Source of the DNA: Azolla caroliniana
Taxonomy: Eukaryota > Plantae > Polypodiophyta
Assembly (NCBI GenBank): GCA_043228905.1
Contig: JBHGNT010001310.1
Location: 1-9,944 of the forward strand
DNA length: 9,944 nt
Direction of reading: 5' to 3'
The position numbers and the translations under genes are program-made. The notes below the pieces were generated by a model that saw only the letters and a list, made by a program, of their open reading frames with translations, was not told where the DNA came from and did no database searches. Shown here piece after piece: positions 1 to 7,519 of the stretch; the first letter of the stretch is position 1; each line of letters starts with the position of its first letter.

Positions 1-2
1 AC

Positions 3-585
3 AAACTTCAAATCCTCCAACTTGATGTGGTGCTTGATGCCCTCTACTCTTATCTGTGAATAGTCATTTATGAATAACTTTGGAAACTTAAAAAGAAGAG
101 AAATAAACCTTAGATCCTTTTCTCCTTGGACATCGTTTGAAATCATCTTCTTTTTCCCCTTTAGGGTGATAATACTTTTCTCTTCAATGACTTCTTCTTC
201 ATCCTTAGACACCATGTGGAATGATTTGTTTTCCCTATCCCACGAAGATTCATCAATTGTTATGCTTTCCTCTTCTTGCTTGCCATTGTCGATAGATGAT
301 TCCTTCTCCTTTATACATTTGATTAGTTGTTGTGGATCCTTTGATGGTGATAAGTTCATGATACTCCAATCATGCATTACAAGTAATTCTCTTGGCTCTT
401 GATCAAATTGTTGTTGAAGAGTCGATGCCCACATAACTTTGTTGCTACTCAATGCAAATCCAAAACACAAATCTTGTACAAACACCTTCATACACTGCAA
501 CTTGGCACTTACCAATGCTTCCTTACACGCATTGATCTCAAAAAGCCAATCTCCAACTATCACTTCTAGGTTACCTTCTTCATCT
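3..585 (-). pseudogene. Ty3/Gypsy pol remnant (linker upstream of RT), runs off the left edge
   Basis: Manual translation gives a stop-free minus frame 629->3, absent from the ORF track. It ends ...ISNDVQGEKDLRFISLLFKFPKLFINDYSQIRVEGIKHHIKLEDLKF, resembling the 'L..ll..f..lF...y..i.g...i.H.I.L' segment just before Gypsy RT. No catalytic motif lies inside the window. Confidence 0.55.
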
Positions 586-1376
586 TGCAACAATATACTA
601 ATAAGAAAAGAATACAATACTCTTATACTCTAAGAGTAACAAAAACCAAATAACTACTTAAATACAATATTAGACAAAAAAGTATTTCCTTCTTCACCCT
701 TTCTTCTACTAAGCTTCTTATAACCCTCTTATTCTTTCTCCCTTCTTCTTGTAGATAATCTATCCTCTCTTGTAGATATTCTATTCTTCCTCCATCCCCC
801 ATATTGCTAAGAATACCGCATATTTATAGGTTTTTAGTTGTGTTATTCTTGCTCTTTTCTTTTCTTTTCTTTTACATATCCTCGAGTTTGTGTGGTGCGT
901 TTTTCATATAATTATTTCTGGGTTTTCATCCAATTTTTTCAAACAAGAAATCTCTCTTTGTCAGCTTTCTTACGAATCTTTTCTTTTGAAATTTGGATAA
1001 GAGATGAAGAAGTTATGAGCTTTTTTCTCTACCTTGCTTTTTCTACTTAATTTCCTGCGTTTTTCTTCTTTTTCTTTTCTTCTGCTTTTTCTACTTTTGA
1101 AAAACGCCTCTAACTTTATTTCTCTTCAATTTCATTTATCTTTTAACTCTTGGACCTTTCATATTGTTCTTTATTCTTCTATACCTTCGCATCCAATGTA
1201 TTTGTCACAGTCTTTTCCTATGAGCAAAAATTGACTTCACAAGTACTAATCCTCATCTCTAGTACTAATTCCCTCTCTGTCTTAGTACTATTCCTAACAA
1301 TACATCTTTTCCCTTATTAGTACTAATCCTTATCTCTAGTACTAATTCCCTCTCTGTCTTAGTACTATTCCTAACA
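586..1376 (-). mobile_element. Probable LTR (element A); left boundary uncertain
   Basis: On minus it starts TGTTAGG at 1376, where the Copia RNase H breaks off. It has CCTATAAATA (821-830), an AG-rich then T-rich tract, and ends ...TTGTTGCA at 586. No PBS or TSD found. Confidence 0.5.
747..788. repeat. 21-bp imperfect tandem duplication
   Basis: tcttgtagataatctatcctc / tcttgtagatattctattctt. Confidence 0.8.
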
Positions 1377-1377
1377 A
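1242..1377. repeat. 59-bp direct repeat x2 (period 77), each copy with three AGTACT palindromes
   Basis: Copies 1242-1300 and 1319-1377 differ at one base, separated by an 18-bp spacer. Confidence 0.95.
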
Positions 1378-2149
1378 CGAGCATGTCAGATCCATTGTCA
1401 TCAATATGGATCTTCACAAGGGTAAACTCCCCGTCATCCACTTTTTCCCGTAACCAGTGATAATTTCTCTGTATATGCTTGGTTTGGGAATGATATGCAT
1501 CGTTCTTGGCTAGATGTATGGCACTTTGTTTATCACAATGGAGTAGGAATCTCTCATGCTTCATTCCCAACTCACTAAGAAATTTTCTCATCCATATCAA
1601 CTCTTTGTTGGCCTCTATCACTGCCATATACTTTGCCTCTGTGGTCGATAAGACCACAGACTTCTACAATCTTGACTGCCACGACACTACTCCCCATGCA
1701 TAGGTCATCATATAACCTGACGTGGATCAACTTGAGTCTACATCCCCCGACATGTCTGAGTCGGTAAAACCTTCGAGTACAGGTTTCCTGACACCATAAC
1801 TAAGGAATACCCTTGAGATGCCTTTTAAGTACCTGAGTATCCACTTCACGGATGCCCAGTGTTCTCTACCTGGACTACTCATGTATCAGCTTACTGCTCC
1901 CATAACAAATTTTATGTTTGGTTTCGTATAGACCATAGCATACATTAAACTGCCAACGACCGAGGCATATGGTACTTTCCTCATTGCAGCCTTCTCCTTC
2001 TCCCCTTTTGGGCATTGTCTAGCATTCAACTTGTTGTTTGTCGGCAATGTAGAACCGACTGGCTTAGCTTCCGAAATGTTGAATCTTGCTAAGATCTTTG
2101 TTACATATTTCTCTTGTGACAACCACAAGATTTTCTCAGTTCTATCTCG
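1377..2149 (-). pseudogene. pol: Ty1/Copia pol fragment (C-terminal RT + RNase H), Tnt1/Tork-like
   Basis: One frame reads RDRTEKILWLSQEKYV...PYASVVGSLMYAMV...HWASVKWILRYLKG...LEGFTDSDMSGD...LSTTEAKYMA...LHCDKQSAIHLAKN...HSQTKHI...NGSDML. In-frame stops at 1886-1888, 1727-1729 and 1664-1666. Both ends are cut by LTRs. Confidence 0.95.
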
Positions 2150-2453
2150 TGTCGAATACGAGTGTATAATGGCCGTATTCACACTGTCCCTTTGGACAAC
2201 CCAAGTTTGGGTTATTTCTGTAAATAGCATAAAGGGCAATTGCCCTAGGATAGTCACTATATAAAGTGACTTTGTAACCTTTAGTAAAGGTTGGTTGTCA
2301 TTCTTTGTAACTGTTGCCATTGGAATATAACGTATTCTTTGTGCCTATCTCTCCCTCTCTCTCTCTGTGTCTATCTTGCTTATGTGCATACATAGGTTCT
2401 TCTTCATCACGAATGTTGCTTGCACTTCCGCATTGACGGCCTTGTCCCCAACA
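2150..2453 (+). mobile_element. 5' LTR of element B (304 bp), inserted into the Copia RT
   Basis: TGTCG...CCAACA termini, TATATAAA at 2258-2265, CT tract at ~2347-2366, and a PBS 2 nt downstream. Starts where Copia homology ends. Confidence 0.85.
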
Positions 2454-2455
2454 TT

Positions 2456-2467
2456 TGGTATCAGAGC
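2456..2467 (+). promoter_or_regulatory. Primer-binding site complementary to tRNA-iMet
   Basis: TGGTATCAGAGC, the canonical plant iMet PBS, directly after the LTR-terminal CA. Confidence 0.95.
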
Positions 2468-2967
2468 ATTGGAGGTTCTTCAACCGGCTACCGGCCGTCA
2501 TAGTACACCACACAACATTCCGTTTTCGTTTTCTTTGAAGAACAGAGAAGGGAGAAGAAGCTCGCATCTCACTGTGTTAAATCACAAATTGGAGTAAGCC
2601 AGTTGGTTGTACTCTGTTCCTGTGATTGTAACCGCTTGAGGGGAGCTCCTTGAGCAACAACTGACCCAATCGTGCTTCATTTGGTTAAACAACATCCAAA
2701 TAGGTCACTGGTCGCTATTCACCCGCTTGTTGTAACCATCCGTTGCAAATTGGTCTCCAAGCAACAACCAAAATTGTGCTTCACTCGGCTGATCGACATT
2801 CTGGAGAATTAGTTGGATCCGTCCCTCTCATCGCTGTAGTCATCCAACGCAGAATCGGCCCAAACAATCAGTTTCGTGTAATCGGTATTCGGCATACGAT
2901 CGGAAGCTAACCGGGCTCACTCCGACTCAGCAACATTCGGGAAGACCAACCGGTTCTGTCCCTCAAG
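2468..2967 (+). mobile_element. 5' leader of element B, truncated by the LTR at 2968
   Basis: Follows the PBS, has no recognisable gag, and contains degenerate 104-bp repeats. Confidence 0.6.
2626..2870. repeat. Degenerate ~104-bp tandem repeat (~2.3 copies)
   Basis: ttgtaacc at 2626 and 2730, ctgtagtc at 2834; gtgcttca at 2672 and 2776; agcaacaac at 2653 and 2760. Confidence 0.6.
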
Positions 2968-2987
2968 TGTCATGACGACATACATTT

Positions 2988-3056
2988 TGGCCTTACAAGG
3001 ATTCGAGCCCAAGACGTCTTGGTCTATATGTTAGACCTTTAACCATTATACTAACA
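2988..3056 (-). other. tRNA-like / Pol III A-box and B-box module antisense within U3 (not a functional tRNA)
   Basis: A box TAGTATAATGG (3053-3043) and B box GGCTCGAATCC (3009-2999, one mismatch) start 44 nt apart, as in tRNA. No acceptor stem. Confidence 0.55.
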
Positions 3057-3113
3057 TATATGATGTATAGTTATAATAAATGTATTATTAGTTATTACAA
3101 GACATTTAGAGTA

Positions 3114-3189
3114 TTCTAGAACATTCTAGGATATTCCATGATTATATTAAATATCATAAATATCTAAAATATTCTAGAACATTCTAGAA
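3114..3189. promoter_or_regulatory. Heat-shock-element arrays upstream of the TATA box
   Basis: TTCtaGAAcaTTC at 3114-3126 and TTCtaGAAcaTTCtaGAA at 3172-3189 match alternating nGAAn repeats. Confidence 0.7.
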
Positions 3190-3298
3190 TACTCCATAAG
3201 GACCTATAAATAGGTGTCTATTCATTCATCACAACTCATTTGGTTCAAACTGTCGTGACTTGAGAATAGGAGAGAGAAAAATAAGATGATAGTAGAAG

Positions 3299-3300
<2 letters not shown>

Positions 3301-3330
<30 letters not shown>
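3301..3330. repeat. (AG)15 microsatellite inside LTR C
   Basis: Directly visible. Confidence 0.98.
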
Positions 3331-3333
<3 letters not shown>

Positions 3334-3405
3334 ACTAGAAATGGAAAGAGAGTTTATATTATAAGAGACCAAGGATTACAAAGAGTAGGCTAAGGGGCTA
3401 CAAAC

Positions 3406-5790
3406 TGAAATTAACGCCAAAGTCTTGTGGATGCCAAAATGTCCAGCCATTGGTGTATCATGACATTGTTGCAAGACTTGGAGTCGAGAAGGACCATTAG
3501 GCACATATAAGAGATTTTGTCGAAAAAGTAAACCATCATGCCAATTGAACTGGTTGTAGTCTTGACGAGGATTTTGAGATTGTGAACAAGAAGCACGATC
3601 TGGGATAATATGGCTCAGAATATCTTGGGCGAATTCATCAGTCTCAATATGCTCCCGAATGGAGTCTAGGAGACTTGAATCCTCGGGTGTGTCTATAGCA
3701 TGAAAAGCCATTAGTCGTAGACGGTCAGGACCCAAGAGGATTTCCTTCTGACTTTCAAATGTGGCCTCTCCTGGTTGAAATTCCATATATGAACGCCGAG
3801 ATAAAGCATCTGCTTTGCCTTGTTGCGTCCCAGGGCGATATAGAATTACGAAATCAAAACGAGTTAAAAATTGCGCCCAACGAGCTTGTCGACGACTCAA
3901 GACTCGAGTACTTTGGAAGTACGTTAGATTTTTGTGATCATTATAGACAATGATTTGTTGAGACGAACCCTCCAAAAAATGACGCCATTGTTGAAAAGAA
4001 TCCACAATGGCAAGAAGCTCTTTGTCGTGAATCTCATAGTTGATTTCTGCAGCTTCGAATTTCCGTGAATGAAAAGCCACAGGGTGTAGTTGGCCATCAT
4101 TGCTAATCTGGGATAATACACTTCCTAGTGCGAAGTCAGATGCATCAGCTTCCAATATAAAGCGCTTCAATGGATCAACATGCATCAAAATTGGTGCGGA
4201 TGTAAATGCTTGCTTTAATCCTTCAAATGCAGAGTTTGCATTTATACTCCACACAAATGGTTGATTCTTCTGTGTCAGTTGAGTGAGGGGCAATACGATC
4301 TTTGAATAATCTTTGATGAACTTGCGATAAAAGTTTGCGAACCCTAAAAAACATTGTACATCTCGCATAGACTGTGGTGTTTGCCAATCCAAAACTGTTT
4401 GAACCTTTGCTGGATCCATAGAGATGCCATGTGAAGAAACTATGTACCCCAAAAATTCCACTTGACGCTGGTCAAAGATGCACTTCTCCAATTTTGCATA
4501 GAGACCAAATTCACGCAACTGTTGCAAAACTTGTCGAACGTGTATATCATGATCCTCTTGAGTTTTTGAGTAGATCAAGATATCATCTAGGTAAATTATG
4601 ACGAAAATATCGAGGAAATTTCGAAAATTGTCATTCGCCATATGTTGGAAAACTGTTGGTGCATTCGTGAGACCAAATGGCATCACTGTATACTCAAAAT
4701 GGCCATAGCGAGTACGAAAAGCAGTCTTCCATTCATCCCCAAGACGAATTCGAACAAGATTGTAAGCACCTCGAAGATCTAACTTTGTGAAATACTTAGC
4801 TCCATTGAGACGTTCCAGAAGGCTCGAAATCAATGGTAGAGCATATCGGTTTCGAATAGTTACTTTATTCAATCCTCGATAATCCACGACCAGACGAAGC
4901 GAACCATCTTTCTTCTTAACGAAAAATATGGGTGCGCCGGCAAGAGATCTTGAATGCTAGATAAACCCATTCCCCAAGTTCTCATCAATATATTCCCGAA
5001 GAACCTCTAACTCTGTGGGTGAAACGTTATAAATTGGCCCCCATGGAGGCTCTTTTCCGGGCTGCAAATCAATCGGGCAATCATATGGTCAATGCTCTGG
5101 TAGTCTATTTGCCTTCACCTTATCAAAAACATCGGAGAATTCTATATATTTCTTCGGTAGTTGGACCCCCGATTCTTGTGAGCTCGATGTGGGAGTTGCT
5201 AAAACTGCGAACACCAACATGTCTTCCTTCCATCCTTCTTCACGTAATTGATGTATAGAGATTGTCGAAATCTTTTGGAATGTCATATCCTTTGTTGGAG
5301 TTTTAAGAGGCTCAGACTGTATTGTGACTTCTTCGATGGTTCTTTTTCTCCAATCAATAGTTGGGTTATGTAGCTCAAACCATGGAAGACCAAGAACTAG
5401 GGAGTGCTCTAGACTACTAATGATGTTGAATGAGATGACACTAGCCAAATTGCCTAGGACTACATGAAATGGTTCAGACTCTTCAACTATATCACCTAAC
5501 GCTATGGGGCGTCCATCAATGACTCCGACTGACACTGGGCTTGGGAGCTTATGGAACTGAATATTATGCATTACAGCAAACTCACGATCCATGAAACAAG
5601 AGTTGGTTCCAGAGTCTAAGAGGGCAGAAGCTCAGACTCGATGGCACCTAGATGTGTTAAGCTCAACTTGTGCAGAGAAAACTCGACTAACTTGACCGGA
5701 TGAAATGGAAGCACAACTAGGGACGGACGTTACATGACTAGGGTTGTCCAACCAAATGGCTCCGATTTTGGCCAGACTTACTCGTTTAAC
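3406..5790 (-). pseudogene. pol: Ty3/Gypsy pol (aspartic protease, RT, RNase H, start of integrase zinc finger), Tf1/sushi/Tcn1-type
   Basis: One frame joins ORFs 5089-5592 and 3376-4887: LLDSG (5622-5608), PYDCPIDL, DYRGLN, MPFGLTNAP, YLDD (4593-4582), EADASD, DKELLAIV, DHKNL, ADALSR, HDTPMAGHFG. Stops at 5632, 5089 and 4957. Integrase is cut after KTLALIS; the final VCSPLAYSL derives from the LTR. Confidence 0.96.
5746..5790 (-). promoter_or_regulatory. Putative -1 programmed ribosomal frameshift signal (gag to pol)
   Basis: G_UUA_AAC in the gag frame (5790-5784), a 6-nt spacer containing the gag stop, then an 11-bp stem GUCUGGCCAAA/UUUGGUUGGAC. pol is in the -1 frame. Confidence 0.75.
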
Positions 5791-6632
5791 ACATCATCTA
5801 ATTGGCTCAAGACATCAAATGTATTTTTATGATAGGGACTACCAGGCCTACTTGGGTTACGAGAAGGCGGGACAAAAATTTAGATGGGATTGTCATGAGC
5901 ACTTACTTGGTTAACTTGTCGTCGTGGTTTATGTGGACAATTCACAGCAATATGCCCTGGACCACCACAATAGAGGCATAGACGATTCGCTCGCTGTCGT
6001 TGCTTTTCAGCATCCGATAATGGTCCTCGACGTCGTGTTGTCTCGATTTCCATTGGAGTAGGGCCTTCCACCACACTTGACTTTGATACTTGGGTTGGGG
6101 TTGCAACCACTGAAGGATATGTTTCTATTGGTCGAAAGCGTAACATTTGTTGGCGCTCAGAACGCCGCTCAAATAAGCGATTGTCACATCGCACGGCCCG
6201 ACTTACTGCTTCAGTAAGAGATTTTGGATCATCATGGAAGGTAAGAAGTAAATCCTTCACATCATTGCGCAGACCTTGATGAAATTGGTCCATTAATGCC
6301 GCGTCGTCCCATGGAATATCACATGCTAGAAGGCGAAAATCTGCAGCATAAGCGGAAGCAGGACGATCTCCTTGTCGTAATTGCCGAATTTTGTTTATTG
6401 CAGTCCTCATACTATCAGTGTCTCCAAAGTTGGCTTGGAACTCATTAATAAACCCTTCAAAATCTTCTAATAATGGTGAGTGCTTCTCTAGGAGTGGTGC
6501 AAACCACGCTAATGCGGTACCTGTTAACAAGGTACCAACTAGACCCACACGAGCAACATCAGTTGGGTAACGGCTAGGATGCAATTTAATCACAAGCCGT
6601 ACCTGATTTAAAAATCCACGAAACTGAGACCT
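5778..6632 (-). pseudogene. gag: Gypsy gag (capsid + CCHC zinc knuckle), N-terminally deleted
   Basis: RSQFRGFLNQVRLVIKLHPSRYPTD...LTGTALAW...LRQGDRPASAYAADF...PTPMEI...CLYCGGPGHIAVNC (knuckle 5978-5937). The TAA at 5880 looks premature because the frame continues 33 codons to ...DDVLNE* at 5778. Confidence 0.92.
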
Positions 6633-6658
6633 TCAACTATATACAACTATAAACAAAC

Positions 6659-7049
6659 TGTCAGAACCAAGGATAAAAGATAGAGTGATGGAAGAAGGAT
6701 ATTAGAGAACACGAGAAGAAAGGAACCAAATACTAAGAGAAGAATGGATGTATAAGATAGAGAAAGAAAGAGAATGGATACAAGATATATAATGAGAGCT
6801 AAAGACTGGTGTTGATTGGAATTGATTTGAGAATACATGTATGCCCTTATTTATAGGTTCCTATAGAATAGCTTAGAGATTTCTAGAATGTTCTAGAATG
6901 TTCTAGATCTAGAATTTTCTAGGACATTCTAGAACATTCTAGAATAATCTAGAGTTTTTACAATAATCAATGTAATACAAGAAGTAGCTTTTATTGTTTC
7001 ATATAACAATAAACTATCTTAATGGTTGAGGTTTTCAAGTATGGATTAC
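6659..7049 (-). mobile_element. 5' LTR of the Gypsy element; U3 end interrupted by element D
   Basis: On minus: HSE array, CCTATAAATAAG (6857-6846), CT-rich tract, end ...GGTTCTGACA at 6659. Shares ACCT-AACCATTA and TTCTAGAA motifs with LTR C. Confidence 0.8.
6881..6944. promoter_or_regulatory. Extended heat-shock-element array
   Basis: TTC/GAA at 5-bp pitch: five perfect units at 6881-6903 and seven units with one mismatch at 6912-6944, ~25 bp upstream of the TATA box. Confidence 0.75.
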
Positions 7050-7467
7050 TGTTATTCACTGACCGGACAAGGCCTAACACAAGGTGTCCCGGAGACACTT
7101 CACCAAAGGGTGATTACGGCATAGGATTAAGATTCAACGATTACAACGACTTCCATAGGTTACACGATTACAGTGCTTTAGTTAATTACACGCGTAAGAT
7201 ATAACAGTAATTACAGAACGGAAATCAAGACAGAAGTATAAACATCATAAGCTCTATTAATATTCGGTGTGATTACAATGGGGTCCGGGCCTTTAAATAA
7301 GTTTCCGGCCCTTAGTACAAAACGGTGCCTCTCGCACCTATTCGGGATCCGTCCGGATCTGGAACGGCATACCGTTTCCAGTCCGTCCGTCCACACTATG
7401 CTTATTACAACCATACTTAATTAATTCCTTCACTCCGTATTTTTGGACTCCTTGCCGGCCGGTAACA
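7050..7467 (+). mobile_element. 5' LTR of element D (418 bp), probably non-chromovirus Gypsy (Tat-like)
   Basis: TGTTA...TAACA inverted termini, TATA-like CCTTTAAATAAG at 7290-7301, PBS 2 nt downstream. The lineage is inferred only from PBS type. Confidence 0.72.
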
Positions 7468-7469
7468 CA

Positions 7470-7486
7470 TGGCACGCCCGTGGGAC
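7470..7486 (+). promoter_or_regulatory. Primer-binding site, tRNA-Arg type
   Basis: TGGCACGCCCGTGGGAC resembles the complement of the plant tRNA-Arg(UCU) 3' end (TGGCACGCCCGGTGGGAC, recalled, not searched). Confidence 0.75.
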
Positions 7487-7519
7487 AATACCTTGTACGT
7501 CGAACCCTTCTTGGCCCCT

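Larger units (their letters stand above)
2968..3405 (+). mobile_element. LTR C (related to the 6659-7049 LTR): U3 on +, R-U5 part (3248-3405) apparently inverted
   Basis: Starts TGTCATGAC, has HSE arrays and CCTATAAATAGG at 3203-3214. A second terminus TGTCGTGAC at 3251 reads ...GTCACGACA on minus. The post-TATA pyrimidine tract lies on the minus strand. Confidence 0.75.

Noticed and set aside
70-633. Plus-strand ORFs 70-402 and 439-633
   Set aside because: Ser/Phe-rich antisense shadows of the minus-strand frame.
838-1234. Phe/Leu-rich ORFs that look like membrane proteins
   Set aside because: Artefacts of T-rich LTR sequence.
1242-1377. CRISPR-like palindromic repeats
   Set aside because: The spacers are themselves duplicated, there are no cas genes, and the context is a eukaryotic TE.
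1886-2320. 144-aa ORF as a real gene
   Set aside because: Chimeric: the N-terminal part is antisense LTR B and only 2149 downward is Copia RT.
2988-3056. Functional tRNA-Met gene
   Set aside because: No acceptor stem, poor D and T stems, and a misplaced anticodon arm; kept only as tRNA-like.
3251-3405. Cognate 3' LTR of the 3406-7049 Gypsy element
   Set aside because: Its sequence differs substantially from the 5' LTR, there is no PPT, and it joins mid-integrase.
3246-6660. AAACTG at four junctions as a recombinase target site
   Set aside because: One copy is native gag coding sequence; the others are explained by LTR end plus GTTTG and by the inversion.
6625-7037. Solo LTR or MITE with TGAGACC...GGTTTTCA termini
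   Set aside because: No TSD, 6625-6632 reads as native gag (RSQ), and LTR homology appears to continue to 7049.
7085-7487. Minus-strand LTR with TGTCCC...GGGACA ends
   Set aside because: The right end falls within the PBS-like sequence and there is no adjacent PPT; the + strand 7050-7467 model fits better.
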